DNA from: Octopus bimaculoides
Lineage: Eukaryota
Assembly (NCBI RefSeq): GCF_001194135.2
Contig: NC_068989.1
Location: 45,728,884 to 45,786,363 of the forward strand
Direction: 5' to 3'
DNA: 57,480 bases
Shown here: piece by piece, positions 13,300 to 25,535 of the stretch
Layout: each line of letters begins with the position of its first letter
How positions within the stretch are numbered: the stretch's first letter is position 1
Made by a program: the position numbers and the translations under genes
Notes under the pieces: generated by a model
The model's input: the letters and a program-made list of their open reading frames with translations, nothing else
Told to the model about the DNA's origin: nothing
Databases searched by the model: none

Positions 13300-14010
13300 T
13301 CCAGAATCATTGTCAGTAAACATTTTCATAACAGTTGAATAACCGAATAACCAGCTGGGATGAAATGAGCTTGGAGGTACGAAGAATAACTTCTCATTAA
13401 CAAGCTGTGATGACAATGGTTCGACTGCTACAAGAAACTTGAATATAATTTAACTGGATTACAAGAAATCCATCGAATCTGTTATCCACTGGTTGATGCC
13501 AAAATTTCTCTTAGTTTTACTTCACGAAACCATAATCAGACAACGAGAGTGTTTTCTGGGCCTCCACCCTGAATTTAAGTACGAAAAATAATTGCATTGT
13601 CACTGAGTGGATTGATTATCACAGGGGTATATTTGAAGGAATCAGATTTCCTGTGATCTTGTCTGTACTTTCAGTAACTTCTAGTCGTTTTTCTTGAGTG
13701 TCTCTGTCAGATTTTCTCTATTGGGATTGGTTCACCTAAAGATAGAAACGGCAGACTAACAGATAACATCTTTGTGGATGACTTGAAAGTATACTCCAAG
13801 AATATGAATGGTACAAAATGAAAGCTTGTTTACATTTCCAGAGGATACAAGTAAAGAATTTGGCCAGAATAAAAGTTCGTAACTAACTCTAAACGAGGGA
13901 GAACTACAAGCCAACCTAGAAACTTTACTATTTAAGGTCAAACTTTTTTCCATAGCCGATGGCGAAAGCTGCAAGTACTTAGGGAAGGATAAAAATATAA
14001 TCCCTGAGAT
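13300..14010 (+). mobile_element. Decayed non-LTR RT fragment, R4/Dong-like
   Basis: DYKKSIESVIHWL (DYKKAFDSVPH), IFEG-like (IFQGD), FVDDLKVYSKN, EFGQNK, CKYLG. Confidence 0.7.
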
Positions 14011-14879
14011 ATTCTAGGAACGAAGGAGTAATCGGTGATTTTAAATAGTGCATCCTCAGAACTCTTATTACAATCATGAACCCTACCATGTGTTAACTGA
14101 ATCAGCACTCATGCCACTATTTATATTATTTGAATCAACGCTAGATGCGCTCTGATTCACGTTAAACCCGGAATTTCCACTTTAATAGCGATATTAACTA
14201 CATTGACATGTTACGAAAACAAAGAGATTTACTGCTGTAGCTTGTAAGAAAATTATATTGATATAAGATGTATTCAACACCGCAAATTTTCGCCAAACAA
14301 TATGGCGACTATGAAGTATCTTCTGCCACAATTAATAGAAGTTTGCCGGCAGTTATATCATCGCTAAATATATAGATAGAACTTAGATCAATAACATATG
14401 CTATTGGTTTACTGAAGTTAAAAAAGTGCTTCATGCTTTTTAGCATTTTTTTTTCTATGCGACGACCATTGTAGAATAACAATAAATAGGGAAAATATAT
14501 AATTTCTGCACATATTAACCACAAGATACATAAGCTTGACTTTCTCTCTTGTGCAAAGCTTAGGTCGTGTTTGTGTCACATCGAATTTTAAAGTATGTGC
14601 CACGAATATGAACAGTACGATAGATAATGGATAAGAAGGCAGATAAAATTCCTATATACTTTAACTGATACAAAATCGGTAAGATTCACACTGATGTTCC
14701 CTCATAATCAAAAGCTCTCATCTGTAATTGTCATCATGATATCGTAGCTAAACAGTACACTTTTCCACCTTCAGAATGGATATTTCTTGTGATAAAACTA
14801 AAAGTAGTTACAGTGATATAAGAAAAGTAATCTTATTCCTAATATGAAAAAATAATGGAACTATATTCCCGTCAAAACA

Positions 14880-15450
14880 TCACAAAATTGCGGGCTTGAT
14901 GGACTAAACATAATGATCTGGAGAGAAACTGTGCAGAATAGTGGAGATAAGTTTCTCAATAGATGTTTCCGACTGGCTTTCTATAGAAAGTCACGTGGTC
15001 AAAAGGGGAAATTGTGAGCATCGATGGAAATCAACTGGTTAATCTGCCTCTGCACGAAAACTTCATGGAGTAGTGATGCCAAGGAAATTGACAGTTCGAC
15101 GTATACTCTACACACGCGGAAGTATCGTCAACCGGGCCATCTTCTCAAGATACGCGCAAAGCAACGAAACTCCGCTCCACACACTAATCCAGTATCTGAG
15201 CACTGCTGACGAGTGCAGTCACGTATAGGATAAGTCCCTCAGAGAGCTGAATCCATCGTGAAGATTGTGCCGATCCCAGATGAAAATAGAGTGTGGCGAA
15301 CGAAGTACTTTTGCCTTTGGCTAATCCCACATCAACTTTAGAAGTTATACTCGAAAAGGGAATCGAGTATGGAGAGGGAATTACTGAATGTTGAAAATGG
15401 GATAAGAGTGACAAGCATAGTCCAAATGAAGGGATCTGATCTGAGCTAAA
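14880..15450 (+). mobile_element. Very decayed LINE RT N-terminal fragment
   Basis: GLDGLNIMIW (PGPDG-like) remnant only. Confidence 0.3.
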
Positions 15451-15927
15451 TAACTTAACAACTCTTCTAACACACCTGCAATTTTCGCCTCTAATGGCAC
15501 AGAAATCATTTGCCCAAGATCAAGTTATTGCTACTAATTTTGTATTGAACTAATTTGAATCACCTGTAAGGTATTTCGTTATGGAACCATAATATATTAC
15601 AAAGTATATTAAACGTTTTTATAAGTCAAGACTGCGTTTTATTGTGCTAGCAGTAGTATTATTACATCACTTGTTAAAGTTATCTCAACAGATTTTCTAT
15701 AGAAATTGTAGCCAGAACTGGTTTTGTTATGACGTGTCATATCCGAGATATGCCTAATGTAAACAATAATGAGATCGAAGTTAGAAATGGGTAATGAGAA
15801 TATATGCCATATTTCGAGAGTTTTTGTTCTTTCATCAGCACCCATCCAACCTACTAATCATCTTGCCTAACTAACCGCTAAATATAGCGGTGTAACATTA
15901 TTGAATATATTAATTTTACCTTATTAA

Positions 15928-17464
15928 CATTCTGTCTACCAATGGATCCAATGGACCCATTTCAGCTTTTTCAGTTGCTTTTTCCTACTGTTTATAGTAT
16001 TTGGATCTCTTGATTTCTTGTGACTCTAATTTTTTCTTCACTCTCTTTTATTTGACAAATGGGAAATTTTCCGTATTTTTATAACAGCCAGAAAATTTCA
16101 CTTTATACATTAATTACCATATGGGTCCATTGGACCCTCGAATCAAATTCAGACAATACTGTTGTCATTCTAAATAGAATAAAACCAGTATCAAATATTA
16201 TTTTCCTTGATATTTATCAGATATAAAATAGATAAAGAATTTGCAATATGGATATGTTCAAGTTCATGCATGACAGTTGATGAACAATTAGTTTCATTCA
16301 GAGGGCGCTGCCCATTCCGGGTGTATATTCTTTGAACACCAGGGAAATATGGAATTAAGATTTGGGCAATATGCGACAGTAAAACATTTTATGCCTGGAA
16401 AATGCAAATCTACACAGGAAAAGACCTAGTAAAAGGGAGAGAGACAAATCAAGGTTTAAGAGTTGTTGAAAACCTAGTTAAAGTACTTGCAAATCTGGTC
16501 GCAATATAACTTGTAATATATTTTTTACAAGTCTAGGATTGGTTCGAAAGCTGTTTAGCAAGAAAACTACTTTAGTTGGAACAATAAAAAATAACAGAGT
16601 TGAACTTCAAAAGAAAGATAAATCAACAGCACAAGATTTGGATTTCAAAAGGAATCTATGATCCTATCTTATTGTCCCAAGAAAAATTATGTAGTCACAC
16701 TTATGAGTACAATGCACTCTCAGCGTTCAACTGATTCGAAAAGTGCTGAAAAGAAACCTGAAGTTATTACATGTTACAACAAAACAAAAGGAGGAGTAGA
16801 TACCCCAGATAAGATGCTAAGGACATACTCCTGCAAAAGAATGACTCGAAGATGGCCTATGGTTATATTCTACAACATGATTGATATAAATGCAGTGAAT
16901 GCTTTCATTTTTTCTAAACAGCTTCACTTGCAAAGTTTCAAGGATAAAAGAAGACAGTGCCTAATTCAGTTAGGAAAAGAACTTGCTGGAGTTAATGCTA
17001 AACAAGAACATGACAAACAATCTATTAGTTCCGCTAACATTTCTCAACCAAACAAGAAAAGAAGACGATCTTCAACTTCAGTTGATATTCCTCAGCCAAA
17101 GAAAAAAGATGTTCTTTGTGTGCCCACCCACCAACAAAAAAAAAAAAAAGACTGGAAAACTCGTACTACATGTAAGAATTGTAATATCCATGTTTGCCAG
17201 GAACATTCGAATGTTGTCTGCATTCACTGCCATGAAGGGCTGCAATTCTGCATTTTTGTAATTTTTAAAATTTATGATGCATTTTGTGAGCTGTATTTTT
17301 TTATTAAAATTTGTGACAAACTAATTTTTCATTCACCTGATAGCATATATAATGTAGCAAATATTTAGTGGTAGTTTGGATAAAATTTAATTAAAATAAA
17401 AATATTGGGTCCACTGGACCCAGTTGGTAATTAGTGACATACATTTTCTCTGGTAGACCAAGGG
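15928..17464 (+). mobile_element. Internally deleted piggyBac element with TTAA TSDs
   Basis: TTAA at 15924-15927 and 17465-17468; imperfect TIR cattctgtctacca / tggtagaccaaggg; transposase C-terminal half MTVDEQLVSFRGRCPFRVY..KYGIKIW..YNKTKGGVDTPDKM..RRWPMVIFYNMID with Cys-rich tail CKNCNIHVCQEH. Confidence 0.95.
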
Positions 17465-17524
17465 TTAAACACATCCCTGGAAGCAGGTAGGTACGTAAAT
17501 ACTAATGACTTGTAGGGACAGAAT

Positions 17525-17705
17525 ATTTCGTTATGCTATGTTTAATAACAAAATGCTTCGCGTTATTTCGTTCAACTTTACTTTCTGAGTTCAAATTCTG
17601 TCGAGCTCGACTTTGTCTTTCACCTTTCGGGGTCAATAAAATGATTTAATAGTCTTATTCCGCCCCTCCGAAATTGTTGGCCTTGCGCCAAAATTTGAAA
17701 CCATT
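17525..17705 (+). mobile_element. SINE type B, 5'-degraded
   Basis: ctgagttcaaattc..gactttgtctttcacctttcggggtcaataaa..ggccttgcgccaaaatttgaaacc. Confidence 0.8.
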
Positions 17706-17829
17706 ATCATAAGCGATTTGTTTTTTTATGCTGAAGTGTATGATCTTGTAGTACAACCAAATGTATGCAAACGTTTATAAATAGGAACTCGTAAGACATT
17801 TAGGTTAGCCATTAACCTCGATGAAACGT

Positions 17830-18560
17830 TCGTAATGTTTCAATGGCTCCCAGATTACCCTATGTTAAACCATCAATATATGTCAAGGAACACAAGCTCA
17901 AATTACTTGTTAAATATTCACATTTGGTAAGAATGATCAAACAATACTGTTCACAGTATGGTGAAATAGCTTCCCGCATCAGAAACACAGTTTATGCATT
18001 TGATAGACCCAGTGCATGTGCTTGGGTTCAGAAAGGTACAAGAAAAGACAGTAAAATTGCGGTATACAGTGCAAGCATAATTACGATACTGGTTTACGCT
18101 TGTGATACTTGAAGTCTACTACAGGTTTCTCAAATTCTTTGTGCGTTTACACTAACGATGCCTTCGTGATACTCTAGGTGTTCACTGGAGTGCACATACG
18201 CCTGAATCTGAAGTACTCCAAAATATGAAACAATCAGCATTACAGAGCACAATCCTTTATATTAGAGTGATCTGATGCCTGGTGCTACACCACAGCAAAA
18301 GTCAAACTGTGGATTGAGGGGCTTGTAAAAGATTCTCTAACTCGATCCCAGAAAGAAACTACTTCTTGGGGAGTCTTCAGTGCTATATAGAGTAAACTGG
18401 CGCACACAAATAGCCAACTGCGGTAGGAAGTTTCATGAATCTTCATTAGAATGGCTTAATATAAAGCAAACCAAGGAAAGATAACATGTTAGTCCAACAC
18501 AACTACGTTTTGAGGGTGATGAAAGCGGAAGAGTTTGCTTCTCTAGAGCTGGCCTCACTT
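17830..18560 (+). mobile_element. RTE LINE RT C-terminal fragment
   Basis: EIASRIRNTVYAFDR..KIAVYSASIITILVYACDT*. Confidence 0.75.
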
Positions 18561-18966
18561 GACGTCTACGCAAACACGCTGAAATGCCTCAGACAATGTA
18601 TGTGAAAGGCAATTTGCCGGCTGATTTGGACTCTCAAGGCTCGTGAAAATGCATAATATAAGATGCAGTACAGTATGAGTACGTCATCGCAACACGTGAA
18701 ATTGAATGCCGCATCTGATACAAAAATTCAAGCCAATTGCCGGCTTTAAAATCCAATGTAGTTCCCAAGGGCACTGAATAAAAAAACAAAAACAAGATAT
18801 TATCATCAGTCGTCGTACTCTTTTAGCGAATCGACAATCATCATATATGCATATATGTATGTACGTATGAATGCATGTATGTATGTATGTATGTGTATGT
18901 GTATGTATGAATGTATGTAGTTATTGTGCGTATGTATACGTATGTTTGTGTATATACATGCATAAA

Positions 18967-19007
<41 letters not shown>

Positions 19008-19049
19008 CACACACAAATGCGAACATACAAACACACACACACATATATG

Positions 19050-19096
<47 letters not shown>

Positions 19097-19164
19097 GTGT
19101 GTATGTGTGTATGTACATATATATATATATATATATATATACACAAACGCACACACACATATAG

Positions 19165-19485
19165 AGGAGGAGAACCCCTTCGGTTATGAATGACCATGGG
19201 ATTGCACCTAGAAGTTTACCCTCTGAGGCACAAGTCTGGGCAAGGTTGTTTGTGGAAGGCCAGCAGTCACCCATGCATACCAGTCTCCCCTCTCCACACC
19301 ACTGATGTTATCCAAGGGAAAGGCAAAGGCCGATACAGCTTGGCACCAGTGATGTCGCGACTCATTTCTACAGCTGAGTGAACTGGAGCAACGTGAAATA
19401 GTGTCTTGCTCAAGAACACAATACGCGGACCGGTCCGGGAATCGAACTCCAGCCACTGAGCCATTCACCTTCCCACACACGCACA
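19165..19485 (-). mobile_element. tRNA-derived SINE type C
   Basis: Head gctcagtgg..GGTTCGATTCC-like (gagttcgattcccgg), gtgttcttgagcaagacac, ctccagttcactcagctg; LINE-like 3' tail. Confidence 0.8.
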
Positions 19486-20137
19486 CAACACTGACACGCA
19501 AACAAAGATATATTCATTCACTTTAAATTTTATATGCAACAGTTTTCTACCTTTTCATCTTGAGTTCCATGAATTATTTCACATAAACCCAGAGACATAT
19601 GTAAAAAGTTACATATATAAGTATCCATGTGTGTGAATTCTTACGTTTGTATGTGTGTGCGTGTGTGAGTATACCTGCGCGTCTGCGCGCGTGTCTTTAT
19701 AATGGTCTTCAAGCGTGGGTGTATGGAACTTTAAAACACGTAAGGAAATGATACATCGCTAAAAGGCAGTTAGCAACAGAATAGCATTTCTCCTTCAATG
19801 TCTGCGCTCATCTATTAGCAATAACTTTAAGATTATATCCGCTCAGAATATATTTTAATAACACAACAACAAACACGCGCGCGCGGGTGCACACATGCGT
19901 ATAAATATCTATATGTAATTATTTATTTGTCTACTTAGCTGTCTACTTAAATATCTATCTGTCTATCTATATATCTGTCTATCTATTTATCTATCTATCT
20001 GTCTAGCTATCTCATACCTCTCTCTCCCCCTCTCTCCCCCTCTCTCTCATTTTATGTACCTATCTATCTATCTATCTATCTGCGTTTATATATACTGGAA
20101 AAATGCATGAAATCCTTGGCACAGTTAGGTATTTGAA

Positions 20138-20278
20138 AAAGGAAAAGAATCACTTCACTGGTAGTTCTAATCAATTTAATGCTTTAATAATATAATTTGA
20201 CTACAAACCAAACCTTAAAATTCTATTACTAAAAACTTAAACTGCCTAGAACTACCAGTGAAGTCATTCTTCTCCTTT
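20138..20278. mobile_element. Small MITE-like element with ~32-bp inverted termini
   Basis: aaaggaaaagaatcacttcactggtagttcta ... tagaactaccagtgaagtcattcttctccttt (2 mismatches). Confidence 0.75.
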
Positions 20279-20449
20279 ATCATATATATATATATATATA
20301 CACACTTACATATACATACAAATAGTCTCACTGCGTGTCTCCTTGATTAAATATATCTTCTATATCCACAGGGTAACTAAAGCATTGGGAGTGTATTTGG
20401 TACACGAAACTGAAGGAAGCATGTCGTATATATAAGTGTGTATATGTAC

Positions 20450-20785
20450 ATTTTTTCTTTTAAATTAGAGAAAAAAAGAAAAAGAAAAAGCAAACAAACA
20501 TGAGGACGTAGCACAACCAATGTATTAATATGAAGCTCGGATAAAGAAGAAAGTTGTTGTTTTACGTTTCGAGCATAGCTCTTCGTCGGAAACAAGATAA
20601 GAGAACAAGGAAGAATGAGGAAAAAACGCCAACGTGCTACGTGCGATTACAGCTCCGACGAAGAGCCATGCTTGAAACGTAATGCAACAACTCTCGTCTT
20701 TCACTGAGCGTCACATTAATACATTCCTTGTGTTATGGCCTCACGTTTGGTTGTTCTTTCTTTTCTGCTTTTATGCTGGATTTTT
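20450..20785. mobile_element. Inverted pair of HHR-bearing units (PLE terminal-repeat-like), family 1
   Basis: Arms of ~135 bp are imperfect inverted repeats; each begins with tccgacgaagagc.atgctYgaaacgta. Confidence 0.8.
20557..20595 (-). ncRNA. Minimal type I hammerhead ribozyme, CCGACGA core variant
   Basis: UUGUUU-CCGACGA-A-GAGC-UAU-GCUC-GAAA-CG-UA-AAACAA: 6-bp helix I, 4-bp helix II, palindromic ACGU helix III, GUA triplet. Confidence 0.7.
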
Positions 20786-20858
20786 AATTAACTATATACA
20801 TATGTGTGTATGGATTTATGCATATATATATACCTGTACCTATATGTGTGTATGTATG

Positions 20859-20905
<47 letters not shown>

Positions 20906-21814
20906 NNNNNNNNNNNNNNNNNNNNNNNNNNNNNNNNNNNNNNNNNNNNNNNNNNNNNNNNNNNNNNNNNNNNNNNNNNNNNNNNNNNNNNNNNNNNNNN
21001 NNNNNNNNNNNNNNNNNNNNNNNNNNNNNNNNNNNNNNNNNNNNNNNNNNNNNNNNNNNNNNNNNNNNNNNNNNNNNNNNNNNNNNNNNNNNNNNNNNNN
21101 NNNNNNNNNNNNNNNNNNNNNNNNNNNNNNNNNNNNNNNNNNNNNNNNNNNNNNNNNNNNNNNNNNNNNNNNNNNNNNNNNNNNNNNNNNNNNNNNNNNN
21201 NNNNNNNNNNNNNNNNNNNNNNNNNNNNNNNNNNNNNNNNNNNNNNNNNNNNNNNNNNNNNNNNNNNNNNNNNNNNNNNNNNNNNNNNNNNNNNNNNNNN
21301 NNNNNNNNNNNNNNNNNNNNNNNNNNNNNNNNNNNNNNNNNNNNNNNNNNNNNNNNNNNNNNNNNNNNNNNNNNNNNNNNNNNNNNNNNNNNNNNNNNNN
21401 NNNNNNNNNNNNNNNNNNNNNNNNNNNNNNNNNNNNNNNNNNNNNNNNNNNNNNNNNNNNNNNNNNNNNNNNNNNNNNNNNNNNNNNNNNNNNNNNNNNN
21501 GAAAAAATAATAAGGTACTCAGATATCTGGATGGTTGTACATTTACAAATTTTTATTAATATATCGCATGTTTTTATAAGATAGCGCTTGCATCTATTCT
21601 AGTAGATTCTCCAGATTTAATTTTTCCTGAGAGGATTTGTCTCTTTTTATAGTATTATTGAATGTGTAGGGGTGGAAGATATATATATAAGATAGTAAGG
21701 GACGGTGAGGAATGGGGGGAAAAGTGAGAGAGAGGGTGTGTGTATGTGTTTTGTGTGTGTGTGTGTGTGTGTGTGTCTTTTGTGTGGGAGTGTTTTTGTT
21801 TTGGTGTGTGTGTG

Positions 21815-22177
21815 TGTATGTGTGTGCCTGTGTATCTGAAAGGAGTGTCAATGCGAAAGAGAAGGAAAGAAAGAAGGAAAAGTGAAAGAAGAAAGAAAAT
21901 TGTTTACAGCTGGTCAGTTCTTTCAGTGACAAGTCGATTCTCGGTCTTTCAAAATGGCAATCCCGGGTGGCTATTTAAGGTGGGGCATTGTTTGGAAGAA
22001 AGTCGTCTTCCAAAAAGTTGCCATCATTGTCCAGTGAGAGAGTGTGGCTGTTTTTTGTGTGTGTGTGTGTATGTGTGCGTGCGTGTGTGTGTGTGCCTGT
22101 GTATCTGAAAGGAGTGTCAATGGAAAAGAAAAAGAAAGAAAGAAGGAAGAAAGGAAGAAGAGGGAATTGTGTTTACA
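21815..22177 (+). repeat. Local direct duplication of a ~90-bp block (21815-21908 and 22088-22177)
   Basis: Shared gtgtgtgcctgtgtatctgaaaggagtgtcaatg, purine run, tgtttaca. Confidence 0.8.
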
Positions 22178-22549
22178 TCAAAAGAGGATGGATCGAAATA
22201 TGAAAACCAAGTTAACAACGTTCAATTCTAGTTGGCACAAAAATGTCCCACTATCTGGGTTTTTTGCCTTTTTTTAGGTTCTGTTGTTCCATTAAGAATA
22301 ATGAAAGATTGTGATGAATCAATGAGTGAGGTATCTAAATATCGGTAAGTCCATTTTGTCAGAGGCGTAAACCAAAAATATATAAAATAGCATTTCTGTA
22401 GTCATTTACCAATATAAATTGGCAAATAGTGCCATTGTTTTAGATACTGAAATAACAAGTGCTAAAATAATTTTGGATTCACTTTTAGGATCAAATCCGT
22501 TATGGAATAAAAATACAAATAAATATAATTACAAAGATAGAGAAAGTAT

Positions 22550-22621
22550 ATGTAAAGGTATGAAAATACAAAGATGTAAAGGTATGAAAATACAAAGATG
22601 TAAAGGTATGAAAATACAAAG
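22550..22621 (+). repeat. 24-bp tandem repeat, 3 perfect copies
   Basis: atgtaaaggtatgaaaatacaaag x3. Confidence 0.95.
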
Positions 22622-22624
22622 ATA

Positions 22625-23030
22625 GCGTTATCCTTTTGTTTAACATTTTGGCCAAAATATCGGGACTTGCATTTAACAGAGTTTATGGACCGGAAATTGT
22701 CAATGTAATTGCACTTGTTTGAATCCTTACTCAGAAGCGACATCGCTCTTCGACTCACAGTACTAGGAATTCTCCCTTTTTTGTGCATCCTACAGTAAAT
22801 ATCTATGAAGGGGTTAAGAAAAATTACCGTATAAAAGGCAAATCTTCTAAAAGCCAGGCTTCCCGTGATATCGCGGCTTTTAACTGCTTTTTTCAACATT
22901 CTACTTCTCTTGCTGAGAGTCGAGGTAGACACTGAAATCCATCCTGCGTTCCGGATCACCATATTTCCCGAGCAGTCGAGCAAATTGCCTCTGAAAAACC
23001 GGACGCATCGGCTAGAAGCCGAGTAACACG
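22625..23030 (-). mobile_element. L1/Tx1-like RT N-terminal fragment
   Basis: GRIPSTVSRRAMSLLSKDSNK..IDNFRSI resembles ITLIPK..NYRPISLL. Confidence 0.7.
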
Positions 23031-23639
23031 CCTATTATACTCACCAAAGAACGACTTGTGCATATGTCGGCAAGCTTTTGTCTCTAGATTTACTATTTAT
23101 TTTCCATTAGTCACTTTGCCAATTAATGACGACACTATTACTACTACTATAATGAATTGTAACAATAATAATAGAATTTCCAAAAACATTTTAGAAACCA
23201 TTGAAAGATAAAACGTTCTCTGGTTTAGCACCAAGTATTATAAGAATGAGGAAGCAGAAGTAAGAAATCAAATAATCAGTGAAACACTTAACCTGAAGGC
23301 CTTTAATAAAATTGCTTGGCTTTATAATGCGCAGTATCACTGCTTGACCATGAAGAATTACGCAAGTAAAATCAGAGAGTAATGGATTGTACAGGCGGAA
23401 TAGAGAATATCAAAGATATTGGATTATTTCATCTTTGGCTGGTAGTTAATAACAAAGATGGATTATGCACGTAGGTATGAAAGATATCTATATGATAGTA
23501 TGTAATGCTACATTGAAATATAACAACGAAATCTACGTCATAAGCACTAGAAGATATACCGAACTCCAGACAGTTTTCTCCAAATTTATTATCGTATGTT
23601 TATTGGTGTAATATCTATATCTATATTTACATATATATG

Positions 23640-23719
23640 TACAGGCTGTCCATAAAGTCCCTTTACAATACTGATATTAAAAGTTTGAAAGTTGTAAAGC
23701 TAATTTATGGACACCCTAA
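23640..23719. mobile_element. Tiny Tc1/mariner-type MITE relic
   Basis: ta-caggctgtccataaagtccctttaca ... tgtaaagctaatttatggacaccct-a. Confidence 0.6.
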
Positions 23720-24713
23720 ATATGAACATATATGTATGGATATGTAGAGAAAGAGAGAGAAGGGGACAAAAAAAAGGAAAGATAGATTTTAAAAATACAA
23801 AACAGGAAATACTTTGGGAACATGATTATGAATAAAAGAGAGAAACTAATTACATTATGGAAACTGCTTCAATCGTCGGCGTGGCTATTTAGGTGAGTAT
23901 GTACGAGTTATATCAGCAGCTTTAATATTTAATGAATGGTACATTCAGAGTGATAATAAAAGATGCGCTAATTAAAAATGCACAGGTTCACATAGGTTTT
24001 ACATTTCTTCATGCAATGATACAAAGTATTTTAAGGTATCACTAGTATAGTTTTAATAAGACACTTCTCATTAGAAGAATACAATGTGAAGCACGTATAA
24101 ACGTGACAGTGAAAATATATCTCATAGAAAAAACAAATGAATCGTAGAAATTAAAAGTGGGACAAGTGAAAAGATGTTAAGAGTAACAAAATATGAAACC
24201 AAACACGTTCATGGAAACAGAACGAAAGCAACAACAGCACACAGTTGTAAACATCTGAGGCAAGTGGAATCTATATATNNNNNNNNNNNNNNNNNNNNNN
24301 NNNNNNNNNNNNNNNNNNNNNNNNNNNNNNNNNNNNNNNNNNNNNNNNNNNNNNNNNNNNNNNNNNNNNNNNNNNNNNNNNNNNNNNNNNNNNNNNNNNN
24401 NNNNNNNNNNNNNNNNNNNNNNNNNNNNNNNNNNNNNNNNNNNNNNNNNNNNNNNNNNNNNNNNNNNNNNNNNNNNNNNTATATATATATATATATATAT
24501 GTTTCACTGCAAAACCTATCAGTATATCATGAAAAAGATGTAATGATCAAACCAGCAAATACGCCATTAATTCTTTTATGTCCAAAGTAAACACCTCTAG
24601 CTGAGGAATATAATCGATTATATTGATACAAGTAGTCTTTGGTTCCAATATTATGCATCCCAAAGAGTTAACGCCTGCAGGATTAAAACCCATGGCATAA
24701 CTGGATGTGATTA

Positions 24714-24759
24714 AAGTTAACTCACCGCAGATGAACTCACATCTGCGGTGAGTTAACTT
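24714..24759. repeat. Perfect 20-bp-arm hairpin
   Basis: aagttaactcaccgcagatg-aactca-catctgcggtgagttaactt. Confidence 0.95.
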
Positions 24760-24837
24760 GGAAATTCCAAGCGACAATGTAACTTTTTTGTAATTAAGTT
24801 ATTCTTGACATAATTAGCTAAGTTGAGCACTTAGCTA

Positions 24838-25060
24838 ATTTACGGTGCAAGGATGTTTGCAAAAGGGATATGAAGGCCTGCGACATCAATACTAGCAACT
24901 GGGAAGGGGTTGCCAGGAACCGTGGAGATTGGCGATGCGCCATAGAAGAGGGAACACAAAGGAGTAACAGAGGGAGAAGGGAGAAATGGAAAGACAAGAA
25001 AAGAAGACAACAAGAACCTATGACATCACAACCAGACAAAAGGAGACAAAAGGATGCCAA
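24838..25060 (+). mobile_element. RTE LINE 3' end
   Basis: KDVCKRDMKACDINTSNWEGVARNRGDWRCAIEEG. Confidence 0.85.
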
Positions 25061-25239
25061 CAACAACTAAAACAACATATTAATAACATCAAGTAATGAC
25101 ACTAATTCTAAATAAAACAGAAACATAATTATATTAATGATACTAACAAAGGTTGTGCAAAGTAAAAAAACAAATTTTCTTTAAAAAATTATTAAATTTA
25201 AAAAGTTCAGTTAGTTCAATTTGTCAAAAGTTTGCTCAG

Positions 25240-25460
25240 ACGCCTACGCAAAGTTTTCAAAAAGTTTTCATCGTTCTCGACATAATCAAGGAGATCTTAT
25301 GCAACTGAAACGCGATTGTCTTCTTGGTTAGCTGAAAGCAATTTTGACACAAACTTAGCAGACACGCATCTCGTGCCCAAATCTTCAGTGATAATGGACT
25401 GAACTGAACCGTAACTAATCTGCACATCTTCTGATAACTCACGGATGGTTATTCGACTAT
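25240..25460 (-). mobile_element. Mariner transposase internal fragment (third family)
   Basis: RITIRELSEDVQISYGSVQSIITEDLGTRCVSAKFVSKLLS..DLLDYVENDENFLK. Confidence 0.85.
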
Positions 25461-25481
25461 TTTCACATCTGCAGGTACATC

Positions 25482-25535
25482 TGCGATGTTTTTCTCAGTT
25501 CTGCCGGTTGCGATGTTTTTCTCAGTTCTGCCGGT
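25482..25535 (+). repeat. 27-bp perfect tandem duplication
   Basis: tgcgatgtttttctcagttctgccggt x2. Confidence 0.95.

Noticed and set aside
15800-15845. Minus-strand CUGAUGA..GAAA
   Set aside because: Helix II is mismatched, and there is no NUH or helix I.
16658-17368. 236-aa ORF as a domesticated PGBD gene
   Set aside because: It lies inside a TTAA-flanked element, has upstream frameshifts and stops, and lacks the N-terminal half.
24598-24640. ctgagga followed by a palindrome and gata
   Set aside because: GAAA is altered, the register is off by one and helix I does not form.
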